Below, piece by piece: positions 1-12,949 of a stretch of DNA of 64,000 nucleotides (position 1 is its first letter; each line of letters starts with the position of its first letter). The DNA is from Haplodiscus bocki (Eukaryota), in the NCBI GenBank assembly GCA_965655095.1, contig OZ296656.1:59644001-59708000 (forward strand), written 5' to 3'. A model generated the notes under the pieces. It was not told where the DNA came from, did not search any database, and was given only the letters and a program-made list of their open reading frames with translations. Position numbers and translations under genes: made by a program.

Positions 1-3000
1 TAGGTTTTTTTCGATTTTGAGGAATCAGTGAGTTTGGCTTTTGTCTACTCCAAATACTTCAGTAAAACACACTCTGAGAACCATTTTTGAGACAAACCCG
101 GAGTTGCACTATGTTTTTATCCCCAAAAAGTCATAAATCACTTTTGGTGAAAATTTTTTGAAAAATCTGATTCAAAACGCGATACTGGAACTTTTAGTCA
201 CAACGGCAGTTGCAATTGGTTTTCTTGGTAGCTCAAAAATCCAATTAAGTTGTTCAGACTAAAAATATTTTCATTTTGTCATGTTGTAACTTTATACGAA
301 CAAACGGCTTTCGATAAAGTAAGAGATCGAACGTCATGTCTTTCAGAAGCAAAAGTTTGAACCTTGTCAGGAACCTTTACTACTGGAATCTCTTGGCATA
401 TCCTGAGTAAGAGTTCTCCAACGAAGGGAATCAATTCAAGTACAAAAACAACGAGAACTTGGTAAAGATTTAAAAGTGCGATTGGCACACTGCTGGAATA
501 AATCGAGGCGGTAAAGTTCATGAAAATTGATATCACCTATCGGGAAAAGTAGTCACTCTGTTGTATTACTACTAGCTTACTGATAATCCAATAGAAAGAA
601 CAAGATTGTACGGAAGAAGAATGTATTAGGAGAAAATGATTCACTGCATTTTGAAGACTTCCGAAAATTTCACGTGGGTAGCTTTGGAGAAGAATGAAAC
701 CTAAAATCGGTAAATGTCTTCAGCAATTGTTTTTTTTCGAACTTCACCGCCTAAGTTTTCCATGCAACGTGATGTCTGAACAGAACGTTGAACAAAACTC
801 GTCTACAAATAAAAACGCGTGGTTGAGGCAGTTTTTGTTGACGTCTCATAGGCAGGTTTGGAGATGAAACGGTTAAAGGTCAAAAAAGTTATTTCGTTAC
901 TGTTTTTCTTTCCGTGATTTATAGCTTTTTAAAATACCACGCCGTTGAAGAAACTTGAAGTGATAGTGTGCAGTAGGCTAGTCGCAAACAAAATTAAGGT
1001 GTATAAATTAATGGAGAAAAACCAGGGAAAAATTGTGAAGAAATTTTTTTTCCATATTGTTAACTGCTGTTCGTTTTTCTTGGCATTTTGGACCAATCTA
1101 CTTTCCGGTAGGAGAGATGAAACCGCACAAGAGTTTGACTAGAGAGTTATGAGTTTAAACTTTAACGCAATAAAACGAGTCGATAGTGTTTCAGAGAAGA
1201 GGTTTGAAAGTCGTTAGGAATCACTACTGGTAGCACTTTTGACAGTTTAAACCAAGGAGGATTCTAAAGTGAGAAAAAATATGGGAAAAATTTTGCCAAA
1301 GAAACCTTATCTTTTTAGAAGCTGTGTACAATCACTTTGATGAATAAATTTTTAGGATCAATTTGGTGAATTGAGTTCCAGTGACGAGAAATATCTTTAA
1401 GCATTTCCCACACTTCATGTTTTCAGAACAAGTTCGTAGTCCAAAATAACATCGATCCATGTATGTCGACAAATGGAAAATCAGGCCATAAGCAACCAAA
1501 TCTGCTCCCTTTATCTCAAAAGATATCGCAACTTCTCCCAATGTTAAGCAGTAAACACAAGCCAATGGGGTCAACGCAAGAGAACACCACAAATATCGGA
1601 AATGTTTGAAGGATCAATGATCTGAATAAGAGATCGAATCTTGAAAGCATTGACTAAGTGAAAACAAAAACAGGTTGAACGAGAACCTCGTAGGAAAATA
1701 TAACTATTTGGATAATTCACGTTTCTAGAAGGAGCTATCATAATCTCAAAGTTCTTGGAATTCAAAAAAAATTGGAGTCAGTTGCTCCGATAGACGTGTG
1801 AAGAATTAAAGTTCTTTACTCCTACTAGTGAACAATTACGGCGTTAACCTATGCAGCATATCAACTTTGGGATCGACGTAAATTAGGCTGTCAGAGGTAG
1901 TCCACAGGACGAGCACATAGACCCTGCTTTTGGCCTCGGACTGGCTTTGAACTCACTACAGTGGCCCATTGTGTGGAGTCAAGAACATCAAGGTAAAAAC
2001 TAGGCCACTCGTACCCTGTGACTGACAGAAACAACCTTATTTAGGTCAACATTGGCTCGAGTGGTTTTTATCACCGTTGAACTTCGTGTTTCTGAAATAT
2101 CGCTTTCCTTATCGCAAAATGGGTTCAAACATATTTTTGGAACTACTTAGGGTTGTTTCCAGAGTTTTGTATAAACCGAAGATTGTTGAAGATTTTCAAA
2201 AAAGGAAGATTTTTCAAGTTTTGGAGTTTTGGTAGTGTCTGGGGCAAAACAATTTGAATGGACGTTTTGTGGAGAAAATTCTACTGATTTATTAACTGCG
2301 AAACCCAAAGTTTATTGGAGAAAAAACCTTGAAAGTCGACATAAATTTTACAACATGGTATTCTCGATCAATCATTTTTCTGAATCAGTCAAAACATAGA
2401 ACTTAAGAAACACCCTCCTTGTTGAAAAAAAAATTTCTCTTGAACGTTTAATGCGAGCTTTTTGTCAGAATGTTTTGCAACGGAAAGATTTTGGTTGTGG
2501 GAAAAAATCGAAACACTTTGCTTTTCTTGGTAATTCCGGCTGTTTATGGTTCCAAATGAGCAACAAAGCCCCAAGCAACATTATGATTTAACTTGTTGCA
2601 ACAAAGATCATTCATTGATATCTTGCTTAAAGAAGTAAATTTGTAGAAGTTTCAGATCGCATTTGTTTAAAAATCTTATTTATTCGAAATTGTGAACTTT
2701 TTTGCACAACAAGTAGTAAAAATAAGATATCATAGGCAACACATTGTCAATTTGATCAATTTCGTTTTTTGAGGCCCGGAAATTTCATTTACGGATGCTC
2801 CAACAAGCTTCCCAAGATGGAACGAGAAAATCGTTGGAATAATTTTAACTGTAACAAAAAACTCAATTTTTTTTGGAATTATTGAAACTTTTATCATCAA
2901 TATGACAGGTTATTAATCTATTTTTAAAAGTGCTGACGGGTTTTTTTCCGGGAATTTTTGCACAGAAAGCTTCAAAAACCGAGGTTTAAACTCTCGTGTT

Positions 3001-3640
3001 TAAACGAAAAATAGAAATGTCAGTACAAGTTGAAAAAATCGGAATTTACTTTTTGCAAATTCTGGTCGTAGTGGGAATTGAATCTAGAACTTCGTAGTAG
3101 TTAACTTCGGTTCTTGCAAAAACGTTCCAGGCTGCAGAAGCAAGATTTCATGTTGAGCATTTTTATTAGAGAAGTTACCATCTGTTAATCAAGGGAGGGC
3201 GTGAATAGAAGATTTCTTGCGTACTTTTCTGTTACAGAGAAGTTTTACAGAATTTTTGGATATGATATGCAAAGTTGAAACATTGCACAAAGGCTCTAAA
3301 ATTAGTGCAGAAAATGTCGTTTGGAAAATTGAACACTTCCTGATCATCCAAAGTGTGGCGACCGTAGTTTGATTTCTTCATCACACTGCTTGTATCTCTG
3401 AAAAAGGTTCCTTACCTCAAGAAAATCAAAAAATATATAGTTTGTGGAAAAACTTCAGATTACATTTTCTTCATGTAGTCTCAACAAAATGGTCACTTGG
3501 GTATTCAATGTTTCTTCCAATGGCAATTTCAGAATCTTTGTCGAATTACATCGACTTAACAGACAAAACAGCTTATGCAACATTAGAGTCATTCTTTTGA
3601 GTTGAAAGTCGGTTTCCTTCACTGAAGTAGGCTGCCAGAC
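1..3640 (-). mobile_element. Highly decayed Gypsy-like LTR retroelement relic: gag (zinc knuckle ~2000-2100), protease-like (~1600-1880), env-like (~1-1300); no RT/IN recognised
   Basis: Minus-strand reads: NHSSQC*PK*GCFCQSQG (CCHC knuckle-like); VNAV-LFTSRS (degenerate AL(L)DTGS protease); VPIALLNLYQV..VGELLLRICQEIP and ELPRKPIA, which parallel the env-like regions at 13-15 kb and 57-59 kb. Many stops and frameshifts. Confidence 0.4.
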
Positions 3641-3714
3641 TAATTAAATATTCTTGATGTGAACATGTGTACCTATACAGATGTCAAAAGTCCTCGCTTC
3701 AAGATTGGTGCAAC

Positions 3715-4370
3715 TCATACTATAACAGGCAAGGACAGCTGCAGGGCCATTAGGAGACATGAACAACAGACAAAGACAAATCCAGCGCCAACATCAGACG
3801 TCATCCACAGACGAACGATCGAAGGCAAAACGTTTTTTAAACAAAACCTGACAAAGAAGTCCGATCCCAGGACTTGTTTGTCAAGTTAACTTAAAGAAAA
3901 ACAATCTACAATTGTCGCACTGTTTAAACCTTTGCACCCTCACAGAGTTTAAAACTGCCTTGAACATAATTCAAATTGCCAGACAAACGTTTCACAATCA
4001 TACAACAACTACCTTTTTACATTAATATCTTACAACTGCCTTATTTTTTTTCTATCGTTAAGACCCTTGCTTGCCCGTGTCAGAAACTGAAGACCTTCGT
4101 CGCCAAGTTTCACTGTTACTACCCAAAGAATATTGGTTTAAAGTTTACCCCTCATAACAAATTTCAACACCACTATCGACCAGTTTCTTTTGAAACTTCT
4201 CATCTTTCTCCTGAAAACTTTTTTCTTCTGCAGTAAAACACAAAGGTCGTCTAATGAAGTATTATAATTAAACAGTAATTTTTTAAAAAACTTATCAATC
4301 ATAGAATTTTTTGACCGAAACAATAACAAAAAAAGTAAAGTCGGCAAGAACGAATGTCTGTGCATCTGAC
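3715..4370. repeat. Interspersed repeat family A, copy 1 (possibly an LTR)
   Basis: Collinear with 17756-18865: ACAGACAAAGA..CAGCGCC, CGCCAA..TTCACTGTTACTACCCAAA, TCTCCTGAAAAC..TG(C/T)AGTAAAACACAAA. Its left end has two ~45-bp subrepeats. Confidence 0.75.
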
Positions 4371-5399
4371 TTTATTTCCAAAAAAAAACTTTTTTCGTTG
4401 GTTTACACCGCCAGACACGATTGTTAAACTGGTGACAGGACTGATATGATTTCGCCACTTGGTTCTGAAAAGTTACTTCAATTTAGCGTGACGTAGTTTT
4501 TGTTTTTTTTTTCGAAATTGACTCATCATCATCTTCCTGGATTTTTCCTGCGCTAAAGCTATTTGTGTTGTCTTGCAAGAAGTTTAATTTAGCTGGGAGA
4601 TACGGCCCTTGGATTAAAACTTGCAAATTGACCACGGGTAAATAATCAGTTTTTCCCAAACTTTCCTCAGCTCATTGATTTGTTTGCGAATTTCCTTTTT
4701 CAAATTGATTTAGAATCAGTCTCCGAATGCTCTTCGGCTAATTTTCGTTCAAGTTCCTGGAACGTGAATTCCAAATTCGCTACACCCATAGCATTAATAA
4801 TGTTAACGTAAACCAAAAATATTCCTAGGTTGTACCCGAAGGTCCTACAAAACAGGAATACCTTAATCCAGTACCCGGAAAATCCTAATCACTGCTAAGT
4901 ACCCACACAAATCAACTGCCAGTTTTTTCCATTAACCTCAATTTCTCTGAAAATCTTCCTGTTCGTTGCACGCGGAAGCCTAACAGCAACCAATGTTTCA
5001 ACCCAAACATTGTTGGAATGCGTTCCTGGCTTTTGTTTTTTTTCTATTCCACTTTTTGATCAATATTGGCCCGCTTTTCATTCCGAACTGTTTAGAACGA
5101 AAGGCGGTAATTTGTACCTCACAAGTTAAATAAATTTGAGTTAAGGGCAATATTAAGGGAGAAAGTCAATTTCATTTAATTATAATATTTTTTTAGCAGA
5201 GCCGGATTTCAGTTCGTCGTCTCATACTGTTGTCAAATTTTTTTTTGTTTTCTCTACCAAATCGAACGTTTCGTGTTTTTTTAACATTACAGCAAGTGTT
5301 TTGAGCAACTTTTCAACTTGTCTGCCGATCTTTGTTGTCTGTTTTTAGTAAACCCTGAGCTTGACGCGGTGGAAAACAAAGCTACAATCTACGATACAA

Positions 5400-7200
5400 A
5401 ACAGGAAACCTAAAGTCAACCTAGGTAAAATTTCAAGTCAATGCCAAAAGTCTGTTTTAGGTTTCCCTGTAGCCCAAAAAAGGATTGAAAATCTTCAGTT
5501 CATCGACGCAAAGTTTAAAAATCAAGCTTGACAAAATGTTGAGGAATTGTGAAACATTAGACGAACTCTTGTTCCAGTACCAACGGACATCAAAGCGGCA
5601 GTGCATGGGTATTTCAGTAATGTAAAACGTCTCTTCCAAATTTACCCAAAGTAGCACTGAAAGTTTCCTGCAACGAATGTCAAACAAGTTGTTTCATTAT
5701 GGCCATCAAGAACCGACCCCTGCACTCCATACTTCTTGTACCGAACAGTCCACACCAAGACATATGGTCGTTCTTCCCGAGCTCACACAATCGTGCAATC
5801 ATATTTGTCTTGAAACAGACGTTGTCAATTAAAACAACCTTTTTCCTTCCTATAGATGTCATTCCAGTCGACCGAACACCAAAACGGCTGGGAAAGGACT
5901 ATTTAATTTTCCAGACTTTTTGCACGAACAGTTAAACGAGTTTAAGATAAACATTTCTTTGGTTCAATCATCTTGTAGTCCCTTTTTCGACGGGAAGAAT
6001 AAAGTGCTATTACAGTGAACCACATTTCATCATTATTTGAAAATTGACATCGCCGCCAGACATTTTTCAATAGTTAATTTGCTCGAGGATGCCAAACTGG
6101 ACCAGACTTGGAGAAAAGTTCACAAACTCTATTGATCATCTCGACACATTTCTCAAATTTATTCTTGCGTACTAGAAGACTTTTGAGTTTATGGGAAGGT
6201 ACGCAAACAGTGTCCATGAGCATATGATTTTTTTGTTCAAAGTTCCTGAGAAGGACACGCATCATTTAATCTCATCAAGCAACGGGTTTTAGATGAAAAC
6301 AAGCTTCCCAAGAACGCTGCGGTCAACCGAGTGATTTGGTCAGGCAACACGGTTTCAATGCTTTCTATTTGAAAAAGTATTGTCACGCACCCAAAAGCAG
6401 ACATTTGGTTTGTCGTTTGTTGGATGTTTCAGGGTTTCCTTAAAGCAACGAAAATTTTATTATCCACCATAAGTTATTTTTTAACCAATCTCTGCTGAAT
6501 AAATGGAATGTTGAGACACAAAGAATGATTCAGTTAAAGAAACCGAGAAATTGGAGAATGAAACCGGCAACGGAGAGCCAACAAGCGGACAGCAAAAGCG
6601 TCTTCAACCGCAAAAAAATCGACTGTTGGAGCCGGTGGCTCATCAGAATACGGTGGTCACGTTTGGACAAAAACTTGGGGTGACCTTTTTCCGTTCCAAC
6701 TTCATCATCCGCTCTAAAAGTTTCTCACAGTCGCTGCCTTTAAGTTTGATGCCAAATCCTATCAATGGATCTGGAGACTTTGAAAACTACTTGTGTCACC
6801 TCAACACAACTAGTTACACTTCTGACTGGTACCGCGCGAGTTCGCCTGATTTCTAACCACAAGATTTCGTGCATCGCTTGAAAAGCAAGGCTCTTCCTTT
6901 CATTTACACATTTTCTGGAACGCAAAAACAGGACATCGTTTTCTTGGCGAAAATTTCTCATCTAAGTTACACAAACAGAGGGGAAAGGAAAAGAAGCTCG
7001 CCTAAAAACCAGCATGTTACACTCTGGACACGACACACCGACGTTTCTTCCCCACATTCGCACGTTCGACCATCGCGCCTCCTGCAACCATCCACATTTG
7101 TTGGAACAATTTGTATTCAGCAGTTTCATTCAAGGTTTAACAAGAGGTGCAGTCGAACTGCAATATTTTCTATCGAGGTGGCACAGAGAAAAAACAGATT
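5400..7200 (-). mobile_element. Decayed Polinton/adintovirus-like DNA polymerase B, N-terminal region
   Basis: Ordered degenerate minus-strand motifs: CELFSKSGPVW (cf. F..xGSGW), SNNDEMWFTVIA (cf. NxDxxCF), VVLIDNVCFKTNMIARL (cf. LLxxxHYxxIKxxSRL), EIPMHCRFDV (cf. PFxxYADFE). Confidence 0.42.
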
Positions 7201-7759
7201 GAACATACAATTGATTTGAAAAAGCTACACCTATTTTTAGGAGAAAAAAAGTTGTCCATCAAGATCTTGAGGGAAGAGTTCAAACCAATCTAAAGAATGG
7301 AAGAAGAAATTCTTCAGTGTAAGACTCATGTAGCAGTACGAAAGCGTCAATTGAGAAACTGCCTCAAAAGTTAAGGTGTAGTTTTTGAGAATAACGTGTT
7401 GAAATTTCGAGCTATGTCTGAACTAAAAGCACTTTTTCCATTTCTGGCCTATTAGGATCCCATTTGCGACGCAGAGATTGTATTTCCAGCTATTCAGGAG
7501 AGAAAGATCCGCTTCCGGTATAAAACTATCGAGATTGACACCCTGATAGAAAAAAAATGACACAAGTAGAGTTAAAGGAATTAGGACACAGGTCTTAATA
7601 CCGAGGTGCGTCAAGGCTAAAAGCATTTTCTGGCAATTCTGGTTCATCAAAATTTCACAGAGCGGTACAAATTCAGCAGTTTCTCCATCAAACATTCAAA
7701 CTAAACTAAGAAGCACTCGATTGAGACTTTGAAGCGAGACATCAAGTTAGTAGTTATGG

Positions 7760-9120
7760 AGAAACTCTGGTCAGAAAAACGTTTCGATTGTGATCTTGGT
7801 GGAACAAATAAAACCTGTAGTTGCGGACAAAATGGTTTTGGATGCCGAGATAATTCAAAATTAAAAGCATGTTTTGAATTTTTTGGACTATGAAGATTCC
7901 GGTGTGAGGAAAAATCAATGATTTGAATTGTAAGTTGATCTCCACAACTTTCAAGCTTTCGGCAAAGACCACGATGGAAGATACCCAACCTCTGGTTACG
8001 GAGAATTCAGAGCTTCAATATCTAGATGGAACATCATAAGTATCATTGTTCAGAATATCGAACTGTCGATTTTCCAATGGAAAGAACAAAATCGACAACA
8101 CTTCCGTCAACAGAAATGCTACAACTAAACAGCTTTCATTTGGGAACTGGATAGAAGAATTCAAGCTTGTGGTTGTGGGTGACAAAAGAAGAGGAGCTTG
8201 GAGAGGGAGAAAAATCATTAGAACGAGTTTTTTTTGGAATTTTCGGACTATCAGGATTCTGATAAAACGAACAAGGTTTTCACATCAATACTCCTCTACA
8301 AAGAATTTTTTTGCAATGATTCATCGATGGAGGAGTTCACGCATGTATTTGATGAGGAATACAAATTTGAACATCGATCGAAGTGAACAAAAAGAGCAGA
8401 TTTGGACTTTTTGGACTGTGTAGATTCTGATGCAAAGAATACAGATCAACAAATTTTCTACCGGAAAAATTACTACCACTAGATTGTATTCGAGGCCGAC
8501 CATGCTGAAATGGAAAAACCTGTGGTTTTGGTGAAATATGAGTTTGAACATCGAGGAAAATCAAAATTGAAAGCTTTCTTTGGATTTTTCGGACAATCCA
8601 GATTCTGATGCAAAGAAGAAACAGACTGTCTTTTTAGTTGAATACTTGTCTACAATTGCTGTGTTTTTGATTCAGATTTTGATGGGGGAAAATGGACCTG
8701 TAGTGACTAATTGAAAAACAACGATCAATTTCAACAAGAAAAGCAATGTTCGGATTAAATGGACTGTCACGAATCAGTTGAATGAGTCAAAAAAAGAGAT
8801 GTTATTTGAATCGTCTTCAGCAAGCGGAAAATTTTCGATGGAGACCATGGTTGGAGAAACCATACCTGTAGTAAATGATTTTAATTATCGAGAAAAATCG
8901 ATTTTATTAAGCAGTTTTTGTTTTCTCTGGTTGTGGGGTTTATGATGGAAGGATCAGAAATGTTGGCTTTTCAATCAAATCATCCTCCACAAATGTCAAC
9001 ATTTCGGTTAATACTTTGACGGAAGAAGTCAAAATAAAAGTAATTGGGAAGCAAATAATTGAACATTGATAAAAATCAGTGTTTTAGAGCTGTGTTTGAA
9101 ATGAAATCAAATTGTTTGAA
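7760..9120 (+). repeat. Degenerate tandem array of about 8 units of ~168-178 bp
   Basis: Anchor CCTGT(A/G)G-like motif at 7814, 7989, 8166, 8342, 8519, 8697 and 8865. Recurring TTTGAACAT(C/T)GA (~8366, 8543, 9059) and GATTCTGAT(G)CAAAG (~8255, 8423, 8601). Confidence 0.8.
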
Positions 9121-11049
9121 AAAAACACCATTTGTTTCAGTTGCGTCGGAGAAAAGTTAACTCGCTCCTAAAAACGTCAACTCAACAATGAAACCCTAAA
9201 GTTTTGTCAAAAAGGCCCTGAATTTTGCTGTTAGAAAACAAAACCTGATAACGAGTATCTAAGAAGACGTACAAAATGGTCGAAAGCGGAACTCAAGCCC
9301 ACCACTTCCGGCTTCTGAACCGTCGTGACACCCGACACATGTATTAAAAAAGATTTCAACGGCTCCGCGGACTTGAGCCTAGCCCATGGTCAGTTTCTCA
9401 AAATTGAAAGAAAACGTCCACTAAAAAAATCAATTTTTTTCGAGAAAATATTTACCATGGAAATTAGTAAATCCTCTGTGGGACCGGAAGATCAAAATCG
9501 GGAACTGCTGACAAGGTTTTGACGAGAGTTCTTGAACTCTTGAACTCTTTTTAAAGCCCAAACCCTACCGGAAAACCAAAAGTGACAGTTGCAATAACCA
9601 TGGTTTGAACCAAATGGATAATCAGTTGATGACATTTGGTACTCAGTGGAGAAGTAATCAATTCCTTCGGTCGGAAAACACAAAGTGGGTCACAAAACAA
9701 GCGGCGACAGGACAGGTCGCAAAAATGGAAAAGAAAAATGATGCAACCGGAGTCGACACATGACTTCGCACAATTTACAGGAAAACTTCCACATAACAGG
9801 AAACGGGTATAGCCAGAAGCACCTTTCCAGAGTGAGCAATCTAGTACATCACAATATTTCAGTTCCTTTTGAACAGACCTCGCGCGAGAGTCTCGGAGGA
9901 AAGAAGCATCAACACAAAAATATCAAAGGCCAAACTGAACAGAACCTGTCGCACTCAAAAAACCAAAGCAAACAAAACAATTATAGCTCTAGTTTTGGAC
10001 GAGTTAAAACCCTGAAGTCAGGTCTCCGAAGCATCACTGCGCGCATTGCACGAGAACCATTCACATTTCTCGAGTCTGTGAAGCTTGTTTAATTTGCCTA
10101 CAAGAGGACTCTTCAATTATGAATGCAACCTTCGAAGGTCTGAGATTTCAAACCAAACAATTGTACGCCAGCTGGTCTCGGCTCAGACAAAGGTTTCCGG
10201 GAATGGCCTACGAACAGAATAATCTTCCACTCAAAAGTTGGGACCTGTAGCATCATTTTTTTCGCAAAGAAAGTCTGTTATGAAAACTTTTGCTTTGTGT
10301 GGTTGCAGTGATACTGTGTCACGTCTCAGTCTTTTTTTACTAGCTGGAGCAACCTCAGAATTTGAGGTGGAAGGCTGTCACAGAAAATTCCAAGTTGCAA
10401 GTTGCTCACCCAATGAATTTAAAGTTATCGTCAGCGTAACTGTAAAAATTGGACAGGAATCATACAAGAAGCTCTGTGCCTTAGACGAATTGGATGCCGC
10501 TTGTCTGCTAGGCTTCGGTTTTGTTGAATATAATAAATGTGACCAAATGGTTTTTCGACTGGAGTTTCAACTAGATTCGATCAATTTCGACCTTTTCGGT
10601 TAAAAAGAGTTGGATTATGGCCAGAACAATTTACTCTCGCCATATCAACTGAGACACTCTCAGTTCCACCTGGCCATACAGGAAACATTGCCACCCACAT
10701 CCCCAAATGGAAGTTACCTTAATCCAAATGTATGCAATTTTCAAACCGAAAGTTGCAAATTTGAACCAATTGAAGATGTATCGGCGCCAAATATGAAGTT
10801 GGATAAATCAGAAGACATTAATCAGATAGTGTTGACTACAAAACAGAAGAGATCACAATTTGTGGAATATGAACCCGTGGTATCTTGGGTTTTGTCCCAG
10901 AAGTTGTCATTAGTAACATCATCGAAACTTCCAAAGATTTACCAGTGTTTAACAAACGAAACAAATGTAAACTGAACTTTTTAAGAGACTCGGTTGGCAA
11001 AAAAGCTTTCGCATGGGATTCAAGAACGATTCTGACTCCTTACCGGAAT

Positions 11050-11900
11050 TTCTTGAAACTCGGAATTGGATTCAGGCATGTGCGATGTCACGAGACAAAG
11101 AATCGGCAATTAGCTTGGATCAAAACCCGTTAGAATTCGCAACCACTGGATGCCGTTGCATATGAAGAATAACTCTAGAACAAAATCATTGTATTCATTG
11201 AAAAAAATACACAAGGTAAGAACCCATACAGTGCACCGGCTCTATTGGTTCCCAAAAACCATTAGATAATGCGATTGGTCATTGACTTTTGTCAGTTGAA
11301 CACACAGACCATTGAATCCACCTAGCATTTTCTATTCATGGTGGATATCTTTGACAGTTTTGAGGTTTGCGCCTATTTCACCTTTATTGATTTTTCTGTT
11401 GGGTTCGATCAGGTCAATTTGCTGAAATCTTCACAATATTACAAAGCACACCGTTTGGATCTCTCAAAAGACAAAGCAACCCAATGGGGTTAACTGCTAG
11501 CCCCCCCCATTTCACAAAGCCAAGCTAAAAAAGTTTCGTCGGTTTCACTTGCAAATTTTGTTTCCTTTACGTTGATGACGTTTTCATCTTTTGGTCTCCT
11601 ACTGCGGAACACATGGAGAGATTGACACTTATCTTTGAACATTTCTGCAAACACAACTCGAAGCTCAATCTGGACAAAGATGTTTTTTTTTCTCGGGTGA
11701 TTGTCAAAATCTTCGATTACATAGAAAGAAAAGATGGTTAGATGTCAAATAGAGCAAAGTCAAAGTCTTTCAAAATCTTTCCATCTCAAAAAGTCAAACA
11801 TAGTAGAAATCAGTTGAAGTCTTGCGTCGTATTACAAAGGCTTTGAACCAGAAATTAGTGAAAAGCACTTCCGGTGCAGAGAGCTAGTAAAAATTTGATA
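11050..11900 (+). pseudogene. Reverse transcriptase domain of Gypsy element 1 (disrupted)
   Basis: YVDD catalytic motif plus upstream Ty3/Gypsy RT blocks, interrupted by stops and frameshifts. Confidence 0.88.
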
Positions 11901-12949
11901 GAACGTGTAGGTAAAACTGCGGCTTAAGACGCATTCTACATTTTGAAGCTAAAAAAACCTTTACTCCATAAGTTGAAATTCCATGCCTTAATGAATGCAT
12001 CAGCTTTTGCATTGTTTCCAGACAATTTTCAGTTACCAAGTGCAAACAAAAACAAAACGCGGGCAGTTTGCTATTTTCCCAATCCCGTTTTGTGCCGCAA
12101 ACGAAGTGTTTTGCTAAGCGCAGAGCAATAACGACCTTCACCATCTGCAAATGCAAAATCCTCCAATTATTGCTCCCAAGTTCAATATGAAGTGTTTGAA
12201 TAAATTTGGTTATCAAACCAAGAAGCTCAGTTCCAAGAGAGTGCAAAATCTACTTTATCATTGAAAAAAAACTATACCATCTATGTCTCCTGTCCGCGAA
12301 AACACAAAACGCAGATGCCGAAAAACGAGCAACTCCAGTTTCCGATTTTGATCACACTCAGTGTGGTCTATGTGTTAAACATTTCTTTGGTCCACGTGTC
12401 TTACATTTCTTTGGTGCCCCTACCAACCGGAGAAGTTCTGTTTCTATCTCCAACACCTGGTCCGGACGCAATACCATATCGCAGCCCTTCCTACACCCTA
12501 CCTCTTTTTGTTCTTTCTGCGCGGCAGGTTCTTCAACTTTCTTTGACAAAGCCTATTGAAAGCGCACGCCGTATCTCACTCATCCCCTCCGTTAAGCCCC
12601 GATCAAGTCACTCTCCATCATCGCAGATCGGCTTCCTAAAAGATGGTGTATCTCTCAATCGCCGTCAACGACTCTTTAGTTCACCACAAATGGGCAGCTT
12701 GCGAAATTTTTGCAAGTCATCTGTCAATCACACGGTCTGTTTGTGCTTTCCTCCGACAGGCCGAAACAAATCCAGATCCTTCCGTACTACCGACAAACAA
12801 CAACGTAAAACGCAATTTAACTTTTTTTGTGGCGTAGCTGAGTTTTAATCGCCGAAGAAGAACAAGCATCCCAGCCAAGAAAATGGACACCACCAACAGT
12901 CCTCAAAGACCCCCCCAAACGCCATTTGCTTCAATTTTGGTGCTTTGTT

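Noticed and set aside
7760-9120. Array as a CRISPR-like repeat-spacer locus
   Set aside because: Whole units are homologous and degenerate; there are no short identical repeats, unique spacers or cas genes.
12261-12848. 195-aa ORF, the longest in the track, as a host gene
   Set aside because: Low-complexity Ser/Pro-rich region between pol and env of element 1, with no ATG context or splice evidence.
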